Assembly: GCA_963796055.1 (NCBI GenBank)
Contig: CAWCKH010000004.1
Location: 832,001-896,000 of the forward strand
Reading direction: 5' to 3'
From: an uncultured delta proteobacterium
GTDB taxonomy: Bacteria; Myxococcota; Myxococcia; Myxococcales; Myxococcaceae
DNA: 64,000 nt
The translations under genes were made by a program, and so were the position numbers. The number at the start of each line of letters is the position of its first letter. Position 1 is the stretch's first letter. This document shows, piece by piece, positions 11,252 to 19,761 of the stretch. The notes beneath the pieces are model-generated. The model was not told the origin of the DNA, ran no database searches, and worked only from the letters and a program-made list of their open reading frames with translations.

Positions 11252-12193
11252 TCACCTCACCGCTCGCTGCGCGCTGACCCGTCGCGCCTCGGCGACCAGC
11301 GTCGCCACCGCGCAGGAGGCGAGCCGGGCGATCAGCGAGTCGGCCCGGCTGGTGAGGATGATCGGCACCTTCGCCCCGAGCACGATGCCCGCGGCGTCCG
11401 CTCCGGCGAGGAAGGTGAGGCTCTTGGCGAGCATGTTGCCCGCCTCCAGGTCCGGCACCACCAGCACGTTGGCGCGGCCCGCCACCGGCGAGTCGATTTT
11501 CTTGATCTTCGCCGCCTCGGGGCTGATGGCGTTGTCCAGCGCCAGTGGCCCGTCGACCAGCGCGCCGGTGATCTGCCCGCGGTCGGCCATCTTGCAGAGC
11601 GCGGCGGCCTCCAGGGTCGAGGGGACGTCCGGATTGACCGTCTCCATGGCCGAGAGGATCGCCACCCGCACCTCGGTGGCTCCGAGGTCGTGGGCGAGGT
11701 CGATGGCGTTCTGGACGATGTCGACCTTGTCCTTGAGGCTGGGCGCGATGTTCACCGCGGCGTCGGTGATGATCAGCGGGTACGGGTAACCCGGGACGTC
11801 CATGACGAAGCAGTGGCTGATGCGTCGCGCGGTGCGCAGACCGGTCTCCTTCTTCACCACCGCACCCATCAGCTCGTCGGTGTGAAGGCTGCCCTTCATC
11901 AGGGCCTCGGCCTCGGCGTTCCGGACCAGCTCCACGGCCTTGGTCGCCGAGTCCTGGCTGTACTGCGCGTCGACGATGCGGAACTTCTCGATGTCGAGCT
12001 TCGCCTTGGCCGCCACCTCGCGAATCCGGGCGGTGGGGCCGACGAGGATCGGCGCGATCAGCCCCACGCGCGCGGCGTCGATCGCCCCCTTGAGGGAGGA
12101 CTCGTCGCAGGGGTGCGCGACCGCGGTGGGCGTGGGCGGGAGCGACTTGCAGCGGGCGATCAGCTGGTCGTATTTCTCGTGCGAAGATTCCAT
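11252..12193 (-). CDS. pta: Phosphate acetyl/butyryltransferase
   Basis: LMKGSLHT, ITDAAVNIAP, VDGPLALDNAIS, PDLEAGNMLAK and PIILTSRADS motifs. Adjacent to ackA. Confidence 0.88.
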   Translation of the reverse strand: MESSHEKYDQLIARCKSLPPTPTAVAHPCDESSLKGAIDAARVGLIAPILVGPTARIREVAAKAKLDIEKFRIVDAQYSQDSATKAVELVRNAEAEALMKGSLHTDELMGAVVKKETGLRTARRISHCFVMDVPGYPYPLIITDAAVNIAPSLKDKVDIVQNAIDLAHDLGATEVRVAILSAMETVNPDVPSTLEAAALCKMADRGQITGALVDGPLALDNAISPEAAKIKKIDSPVAGRANVLVVPDLEAGNMLAKSLTFLAGADAAGIVLGAKVPIILTSRADSLIARLASCAVATLVAEARRVSAQRAVR

Positions 12194-12273
12194 CGCTGAC
12201 GCTCCTTCCGCGAAGCCCCGGGGCTCCTGCAGGGATCGCCGTCACCGTAACCCTCCGATGGAACCGCGCAGAT

Positions 12274-12308
12274 GGGACCTAGGTCTCACGCCTCGGGACC
12301 CAGGTCAC
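12274..12308. promoter_or_regulatory. Two tandem imperfect palindromes (GGGAC-N4-GTCnC), candidate operator of the fermentation operon
   Basis: GGGACCTAGGTCTC (12274-12287) and GGGACCCAGGTCAC (12295-12308), 21-bp period, 80-115 bp upstream of the pta start. Confidence 0.5.
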
Positions 12309-12483
12309 TGGAACGAAGCCTGTCCCCATCGCGCAACGACCGAGGCGGAACCACCGTCGGGAGAGACCAAACGTCCGGATCTCCGCCGCGACCTCGCATG
12401 AACCAAACCTGTCACCTCGCAGAAGGTCCTCTGCGCCGGGAACGGGCTGCTTCCGCCGCTGGAGCTGAAGCCCCGCCGCCCCA

Positions 12484-13623
12484 TCAGGTGAATCCGGCGA
12501 AGTGGGGCGCCTCCACCTGGCTCGCTGCGAGGGCACGCCCGACTGCCTGGAGATCCGGAATGCTCTCCACCACATCCAGGCTCTCGATCCTCCGCGGGTC
12601 GATACCCTCGATCCCGATCGCAGCCAGGCCCTCGCTGGTGAGATTCACGTCGTAGCGGAGATAGGTATAGAGCTGCGGGAGACCACCCACCCCCTGGCGA
12701 GGTCCACCGGGAACACCCATGTCGACCAGGTCGCCCAGCTCGCGGTCGAGCGGACCGCCGACGAGGCAACGCCCGAAGGACCGACAGAGGAGATCCTGCT
12801 GGATCGACGCGGAGGAGATCAGCGCATGCGGAAGGGTGCGCGCGCTCTCCAGGACGGTGGGTGACTCCTGCCCGGGCTGGAGCGACGACGGCGCCAGCGA
12901 CCTTCCCGTTCCGACCGAGACGAGGAGCAGATGGTCGGGCCCGGTTGCCCACCGGAGCTGGTACGGCTCCAAGGTCGCCATGAGGAAGAGGAGAAAGGAG
13001 GGGTTGTTGTAGCTGGTGACCCCGCCGTCGACGAACACCAGCTCCTTGCCTCCGAGCTGCACCCGCTCCGGGGGGAAGAAGACCGGAGCGGCGGCGCTGG
13101 CCCGGACCAGCTGCCACAGCGGCAACTCGAGGTTGCAGTCCGGACGCCTCCGGTCGTTGTACCGGGCGAAGGGATTGTTCGAGAGAGGCCAGGGCGAATC
13201 GGTGGAGGCGTTCCGCAGTACCAGGAGCAGAAGGCACCTCAACTCGGGAGAGCCGAGCTTCGTCTCCGCACCGAGCACCTCACGGAGCTTCGCGGCGAGG
13301 GGCTCTCGTTCGTACTGGAACCAGAGCCGCTTGAGCAGGAAGGCCTTCTGGAACATGGCCGGGCCCTGCTCCTGGTAGAAATCACGGATCTGGGCGACCG
13401 GCATGCCCGAGGCGAGGCAGGCCGCGAGGATGGCGCCGGTGCTCGTACCACCCAGGTAGTCGAACCAGTCCCCGAGGACCAGGGCCGGGTTTCCGGTCCG
13501 CTCCCGGAGAAGCGTCTCGATCTTCGCGAGGACCTCGATGCTGATGCAGCCCCGGACTCCGCCGCCCTCCAGCGCCAGGAGCTTCCGAGGACCCCTTCGA
13601 GCGAGGACCTGTTCGATCGACAC
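12484..13623 (-). CDS. Patatin-like phospholipase
   Basis: Gly-rich LALEGGGVRG, nucleophile elbow GTSTG, ASAAAP and catalytic DGG all intact. GTG start 10 bp after the upstream stop. Confidence 0.92.
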   Translation of the reverse strand: MSIEQVLARRGPRKLLALEGGGVRGCISIEVLAKIETLLRERTGNPALVLGDWFDYLGGTSTGAILAACLASGMPVAQIRDFYQEQGPAMFQKAFLLKRLWFQYEREPLAAKLREVLGAETKLGSPELRCLLLLVLRNASTDSPWPLSNNPFARYNDRRRPDCNLELPLWQLVRASAAAPVFFPPERVQLGGKELVFVDGGVTSYNNPSFLLFLMATLEPYQLRWATGPDHLLLVSVGTGRSLAPSSLQPGQESPTVLESARTLPHALISSASIQQDLLCRSFGRCLVGGPLDRELGDLVDMGVPGGPRQGVGGLPQLYTYLRYDVNLTSEGLAAIGIEGIDPRRIESLDVVESIPDLQAVGRALAASQVEAPHFAGFT

Positions 13624-13633
13624 GCGCGGCCCC

Positions 13634-16600
13634 TCAGTTCCCCGGGTCCCCATTCGTCCCGGACAGGCCGGACCGGGCGGGTGAGGCGCCCTCGCAGCGC
13701 CCCAGCTGTCGCACCGACGCTCGCGCCACCTCGTCCGCGGGATCCATGGACGCGGCCTTCCTGAATGCATCCAGAGCGAGCTGACAGTCCGGGTTCGGCT
13801 CGGCCGGGTTGCGGGTGCTGCTCGCCGTAGCGAGGACCTCTCGCATCTGCCCCAGGCGCTTCCAGGCGGCGGCGTTCGCTCCCGGCCTCTGCGTCACCTG
13901 GCTCTCTGCTGCGATGGCACCCCGCAGCAAGGCCTCCCAGCCGGAGCGATGAGAATCACGCGCCGCGAGCGCAAGCCCGAACCTCGCCTCGGCGAGGCCA
14001 CCCAGGCGGTCGACTCGCTGCGGCGAGGCGTCCAGCAGCTCGGTCGCGACGGCGACCTCTTCTTCGCGAAGAGCGAGGGCATCCTCGTGCTTGCCTGCGC
14101 CGTCGAGGAATCCGCCCGCCGCGGCGAGAGTCCGCTCGAGCTGGAGCTTCATCTCCTCCGAGGCTTGCGGCGGGGCGAGCAAGTCGGCGAGCTGCGCGGA
14201 GTGCAGGGCAGCCCTCCACGCCTCGAGCTCACCGCTGGAATGCTGAGTGGCAAGGTCGAGGTAGATCTTCCGGAGCTGATCGTAGTTCTGATGCGCCGTG
14301 GGAAGCCTCTCGATCCGGCCGAGGAGCGTCCGCTCCAGCGCCTCGGGTGAATCGCCCGCGGTCGTGGTGTTGCCGAGCACGGGTTCCGCACCACTCAGGT
14401 ACTTCTTCACCAGCGCCTCCGCCTGGCTCCGGAAGCGCGCCGCCTCGCTCTGGGACGTCAGTGCAGACGACTCATCTTTCGCCTTCCGGAGCAGCGTGGC
14501 CTGCAGCGCATAGGCCGAGGAGGTGTCGAGGGCAAAGCTGGGATTCTCGGGCTTCACCGTGACCAGCCGGGCCAGGGTGTTGATCGCTCGCCGGAGCATC
14601 TCCTTCGCTTCGTCGTCGTGGTCGAGGGTCATCAGCGCATTCGCGATCTCCACCCGGACCTGGGCCACCCTCCGGTCGCTCTCGAGGTCCACCCGATCCT
14701 GCTGGCCCGCGCCGAGCTGCTGCTCGGCTTGCCGCAACTGGACGAGGCGTTCGGCGTTCCGCCCCGCGGCGGCCAGGATCCTCGAATTGGTCAACAAGGC
14801 CGAGGCCAGTTCGCCGACCAGCGCTCGGTTGGTCTCGTCCAGCGCGGCGAGATTCCGCAGCACGTAGACGGCGTCGAGCGACGCCGCCTCTGCCTCCTCG
14901 AGCGGAAGCAGCGGCTGGCAGGCCTTCGACTTCTCGGCCCTGCAGGCGAGGATCGCCTCCGCATTCGAGAGCAAGAGCGCCGCCCGTTCCCGCTGCCTCA
15001 CGGGGGTGTTGGCCTCCCGACCTCCGGCTGCCACCAGCGCGTGCCAGCGCTGCTGATTGTCGGCCGCCACCGGTCCGGACCGCAGGCTGGGGGACGAGAG
15101 GCCCAGAAGTCGATCTCGCAGCAACGCGGCTCGACCGAGGACGTTCACCGCCGCCTCGTCGAGGCGAGGGAGAAGGGTTGCCGTCTCTGCGCCACCGCCC
15201 GCGAGGCAAGCGGTGCCCCGTCCGGTGAGTCGCCCGAACGCGAGCTGGATTGCTTCGGCGAGATTCGAGAGCGCCGCTCGGGTCTCGCCTGCGACCTCAC
15301 TCTGCCGTGCGAGCGACACCAGGCTCGACCCGAGCCCGGTGCAGTCGTCGGGCTCGCGGTCCTGCCCGGCCAGCACGGTGCGCCAGGCCCTGACCGATTC
15401 CTCGTAGGCCGAACGTGCCGGGCCTGACCTGCCCTGGTCCATCAGCGCGTCGCCCAATCGCGCCTGAAGTCGCGCGACATGTCGGAGCAGCGGCGGGCCC
15501 GGCGAGCGCACCTTCGCCGCATCCAGGGCCTCTCCGTAGGACTTGATCGAGGCAGTGAGCCTGCCTTCGAGCCGCTGGAGGTCCGCCACGCCGGCCAGGG
15601 CGCGCGAGCGGTTCAGCTCCTTGAGATCGCTCGCGGAGCGCAGGTACTTGGTGGTCGCGTCACGCACCCGGCCGAGCGTCCCGCTGCTTCCGGTGCCGGC
15701 AGTCTTCTGCAGTGCGCCCTCCGAGTAGAGGGCGACCAGGAGCTCCTCGGCGTTGGCGCGTGCGCTCTGGGCACGTGCCCGGGCCTTCTCCAGCTTGGCC
15801 GCGCGGTAGAGGAGGGTGCCCACCAGCAACGGCACGGCGATCCCCACCGTCCAGAGTGTGCCTCTCCACCTCCTGGGAATTCTGAAAGCCCGCGATTGCT
15901 GGATGGATTCAGCCAGTCGGTCGTGACTGATTCTCGTAGAAGAAGCTCCCCAGGCGACGCTCGCGGCGAAGGATGCGCTCCTGGGCCAGGACGTTGAGCG
16001 ACTCCCGTCGAACCCGGTATTCGTTCCGGATTCTGGCCTTCCTCGAGCATGAGCCGATGGCCAGCCCGGTCCAGCAGCCCCTCCTCGCAGAGGCGACGCG
16101 CTCGGCGCCGCTGAGGACCGGGGAGGTCCTTCAAGGTGTCCCGGTAGAAATCGCGAAGGACGTGCTCGAACCCTGGACCACCGACGAAGCTCCTGGACGA
16201 GAGCTGGACCGGTCCGACCGGGTCGGCAGCCGCCTGCTCCCGAGCAGCGACCCCCTCCATGTAGCGACAGAGGAGCTGAAGCTGGAAGGGCTCGATCTGC
16301 CCGAAGCGCCCCCGAAGGTAGGCGATCATCTGATCGAGCGTCGCCGCGTCGAACTCGAACGGACCGACGCCGAAGGGCACCCCGCCCGGAGGAGCGACCA
16401 GCTTTGCGGGTCGGGTGATCGCGTCCCTGGCAGCCGCCTCGGTGAAGGGCTCGACCCGGAGACGCTCGTGAAAGAGGTTGGTGATCTGGGCGCTCAGCTC
16501 CTCGAGCGCGCCGAGGAAATCCTCTCGCAGGCTGATGACCACCTTCGCCCCAGGCAGCCGGCCGATCTCCGCGGCGAGGCTGGCGCGAAATCCCGGGTCG

Positions 16601-17028
16601 TGGAGGGTGAAGACCTCCTCGAACTGGTCGAAGACCAGGACCGGAGTCAGCAGCACATCACCCCGCCAGATGGTGGTCGCGGCCAGGAGCTCGCGAAGAC
16701 TCGAGGCCTTGGCCCGCGGAGGTTCCAGGTGCTCCATCTCACAGGTCTGATCGATGGAGCGGGCGACCGTGGTGACCACCGTCTCCCCCGGCACGTTGAG
16801 CCGGACCATCACCGGCAGGAAGGTCCGTTCCCGGAGGCGGGGGAAGAGCCCGGCCTGGAGGAGAGACGTCTTGCCCAGTCCGGACCGGCCAAACAGGACC
16901 AGGAGCGGGACGCTCAGGACCCGGAGGAAGAGCTGCTCCGTCTCTGCGTCCCTGCCAAAGAAGAGCTCCCGGTCCTCGAGCGTGTCCCCGAAGGGGCGGG
17001 TTCCGGGGTATCGGCTCCGCCCGGTCAT
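13634..17028 (-). CDS. nSTAND1-type NTPase, winged helix, TM segment and TPR array; split by two +1 frameshifts (~16031 and ~15931), reconstructed length 1130 aa
   Basis: YPGTRPF...FFGRD, Walker A GRSGLGKTS, Walker B LVFDQFEEVF, ISLREDFL and PFQLQLLC. Deleting one base at each site gives stop-free ...EEGQIRNEYRVRRESLNVLAQERILRRERRLGSFFYEISHDRLAESI... (conserved YEIxHD motif), continuing into the 13634-15847 ORF. Confidence 0.85.
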
Positions 17029-18398
17029 GCCACGACCTGCCGGAGACTCCTCATCTCGGCGCGCCGTTCCCAGTCTTCCTGGATCGACCCCACGAGCCTC
17101 TCCACGTCGGTCGGATCCCTCAAGGTCAAGACGTGCGCGCTGCTCAAGGCGGAGAGGGTCTCGCAGGCCCCGAGCTTGACCGGCAAGACGAAGCGCAGCC
17201 GCTGCCCGTGGAGCTCGCCCATCTCCGACTGGCGCTTGAGCGCGACCTCGATCTCGCGGTGGAAGACGCCGGTGATACGCGACAGCAGGGTCGGCGTCTG
17301 GACGACCACCACGTAGTCGATCCTCCGAGCGATGACGTCCACCAGCACCCTGTTCCAGTCATCACCCGCGCGCAGGTCCTGGGTGTCCTGCCAGACGCGC
17401 ACTCCCCGCGACTGCAGGCTGTCGGCCAGCGCCTCCACGGCGTCGCGATCCTCGCTGGCGTAGCTGAGGAAGACCTTGGGTGCGCTGTCATCGGCCCGGG
17501 CAAGGCCGGTCTCAGGGGCGATGGGGCGCGAGATGGTGCCGTACGCCTCGCGGAGATAGCGGGCGAACGGTTCCCACTGCAGCCGCCGAAAATCGATCAG
17601 TCGATCGCCCGAGAAGAAGCCGACCGCCTGCTCGTGCTCGGGATGCTCGAAGAACTGGGGATCCTCGAAGGCAAAGGCCCTGCTGCGGTGCCCGTAGAGG
17701 TTGAGTACTTGAAGAAGGACCCGCAGGTACCAGTTCTGGAATCCGAATCCGAGGAAGAGGCAGGACGTCGAGGGGTCGGCGAGGATGCTGCGCACCTGGT
17801 CGGGAAGAGGCGGTGTGCCCCGGACCACCGAGACCAGGAATTCGATCAGGTCCCCCTCGGTGAGAACCAGTGAGCCGGGGTCATCGGGATGACCGAAGAG
17901 ATGGTAGACGAGCGGATCCTCCGCGGTGGGCGAGCTGAGCCGGAGGGTCCCGGGATGCCCGAAGCTGTAGTGGGCGGTGCGGGGGTGCTTTCCCGCCTCG
18001 GTGAAGGCGGTGGACATCAGGCCGTCCGGTGACGCGTTCACGCAGAGCTTGAACGGCAGCTGCGCGAGGTTGCGGTGAAACTCCGTCGTCTGCCCGGCGT
18101 GACGGGCGTAGAAATCCTGAACCAGGAGCTCGAGGTCTTCCCGGTCGTGGCGGAGGCGGTAGTGGAGCTCGGCCGCCCTCCGCAGGGTGAGTGGTCCGCG
18201 GGAGAGGGTGCTCGGGTCGCGCTCCAGGGCGGCCGCGATCTCCGCCGCCAGCAGCTCGTCGAGGGGCGTTCGACCTGGATCATCGGAGCGGACGGCCGAG
18301 CTGGGACCGAGGATGAGGACGCAGTCGCCCCGCTTGATCCGCGCCACCAGTCCCCTGAGCTCGCGTCGCTCGGTTTCGGTCGGCCAGCTCTCTGCCAC
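17025..18398 (-). CDS. SIR2-like (degenerate) domain fused to a C-terminal TIR domain
   Basis: CVLILGP, LAQLPFKLCVNASPD, LVYHLFG...SLVLTEGD and LFLGFGFQNW follow the SIR2_2-like layout. KVFLSYASED...VWQD...LRAGDDW...FHREI is TIR-like with the putative catalytic Glu. The stop overlaps the STAND ATG (ATGA). Confidence 0.85.
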   Translation of the reverse strand: MAESWPTETERRELRGLVARIKRGDCVLILGPSSAVRSDDPGRTPLDELLAAEIAAALERDPSTLSRGPLTLRRAAELHYRLRHDREDLELLVQDFYARHAGQTTEFHRNLAQLPFKLCVNASPDGLMSTAFTEAGKHPRTAHYSFGHPGTLRLSSPTAEDPLVYHLFGHPDDPGSLVLTEGDLIEFLVSVVRGTPPLPDQVRSILADPSTSCLFLGFGFQNWYLRVLLQVLNLYGHRSRAFAFEDPQFFEHPEHEQAVGFFSGDRLIDFRRLQWEPFARYLREAYGTISRPIAPETGLARADDSAPKVFLSYASEDRDAVEALADSLQSRGVRVWQDTQDLRAGDDWNRVLVDVIARRIDYVVVVQTPTLLSRITGVFHREIEVALKRQSEMGELHGQRLRFVLPVKLGACETLSALSSAHVLTLRDPTDVERLVGSIQEDWERRAEMRSLRQVVA

Positions 18399-18422
18399 GG
18401 ACGTCCCTCCTCGAATGAACGC

Positions 18423-19676
18423 TCAGCGGCTCTGCGCCGAGGGGCTGCCGCCATCCATGCTCCCCACCACCGTCGACGGCCCGGTCACCGTGCTCGCGGT
18501 GGCCGTGACCTGGGAGATGGATGCGCTACCCTTGCCGCCGCGCAGAGTGCCGTCCAGCCACTTCACGATGAGGTCTCGGGATTCGACGACGACGATACTC
18601 GCCAGGAACGCTGCCGAGGCGGCCAGCACCTTCCGCATCCGCCTCGTTGTGAACCAGCCCTTGCGGATTGTCTTGAGTCTGAGCGGCGTGCGGATGGCCC
18701 GGAGCACCTCCCCGGAAGAAAGCCTCACCCCCGGTGGTGAGCTGACCAGGGTCCCGTCGTGCGCCTCACCGGCGTACCAGCCGGTCCTGGTCGCCCCCGC
18801 CGTCGCGTCGCCACCTCCGGTGGGAAGCAGCGGAGCGAGCCACCCCACTCGAATCTTGCTGGTGGGGTCCGCGCTCAGAACGAAGGTTTCCTCGGCCGAT
18901 TCGACCAGCAGCAGCGGGTAGCCGTGGTTTCCCGGCGCGTTCGTATCCCGGCGCGCCCACAGCTTGAACTGCGTCGCCGATGGTCGGACCAGGAACAGCA
19001 GCGGCACCGTGCGAGAGGCGCCGGTCGAGGTTCCGACCTCGGGGACCTCCGCCCAGAACCGCTGGGACCTCTTCAGATCTTCCGCATAGAGGGACTGATC
19101 CGTGGAGAGCAGAGCGACGTACCGCTCGAACGCGGGGGCCCCCACGGCGACAGGGTCGTCCAGGAGCCGCCTTCCCGCCCCGAGGTGCCGGAGGACCGCA
19201 TCGAAGAGCAGGAAGACCTCGCGGACGAAGCTCTCACGGCGAGGCTCCGGCCGCAGGAGATGGTGCTGGGCGATCGCCAGGTAGATGGCCTGGAGACTCT
19301 GCTCGACCGGCAGGCGATCGGACCAGATCCCCTGGCGGACGTTCTCGGCGTACCGAGCCAGAGGCTCCCAGCCGGGAGGGGCCTCGTGCCCCTCGGTCTG
19401 CGCAGCCAGCATGTACAGGCACAGCAGGTCATCGAACGCCGGGAAGGCGCTGAGCGCGATCCGGACCCTTCCGGCGCCCCCGCCGGGGGACCGGAGCCTT
19501 CCCTGGAGGAAGGCCATCGAGAACGAGGTGAGTGCGGCCGTCCCGGACAGCCGGATCAGGAGGAGAGCGTCGGCCGGGTCGGGATCGGAGGGCCTGACCC
19601 AGATCAGCTCCCAGTTCGGAGGTAGGCCGATGCCAGCTGCGGTTGCCGCCGCGGTCCTGGGAGCGCCTGCTTCCAC
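18423..19676 (-). CDS. Hypothetical protein, 417 aa, possible C-terminal TM helix; first gene of the SIR2-TIR/STAND/patatin operon
   Basis: GTG 19676 preceded by AAGGAGG. Globular-looking sequence with hydrophobic VLAASAAFLASIVVV near the C-terminus. Stop lies 24 bp before the SIR2-TIR start. Confidence 0.7.
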   Translation of the reverse strand: MEAGAPRTAAATAAGIGLPPNWELIWVRPSDPDPADALLLIRLSGTAALTSFSMAFLQGRLRSPGGGAGRVRIALSAFPAFDDLLCLYMLAAQTEGHEAPPGWEPLARYAENVRQGIWSDRLPVEQSLQAIYLAIAQHHLLRPEPRRESFVREVFLLFDAVLRHLGAGRRLLDDPVAVGAPAFERYVALLSTDQSLYAEDLKRSQRFWAEVPEVGTSTGASRTVPLLFLVRPSATQFKLWARRDTNAPGNHGYPLLLVESAEETFVLSADPTSKIRVGWLAPLLPTGGGDATAGATRTGWYAGEAHDGTLVSSPPGVRLSSGEVLRAIRTPLRLKTIRKGWFTTRRMRKVLAASAAFLASIVVVESRDLIVKWLDGTLRGGKGSASISQVTATASTVTGPSTVVGSMDGGSPSAQSR

Positions 19677-19761
19677 GACGCGCCCTCCTTCTCCCCGGAG
19701 AGCAAGGGGGCGAGAATCTAGCCCAAGGCACAGAGCGACGCACCCCGGATGGCCAGGCCCG

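Noticed and set aside
15925..16040. Programmed ribosomal frameshifting or phase variation in the STAND gene
   Set aside because: No slippery heptamer, homopolymer or repeat tract, and two successive shifts would be needed.
17020..17035. SIR2-TIR and STAND as one gene split by another error
   Set aside because: The junction is a clean ATGA stop/start overlap, and joining would need a deletion-type error, unlike the +1 errors seen elsewhere. Not fully excluded without reads.
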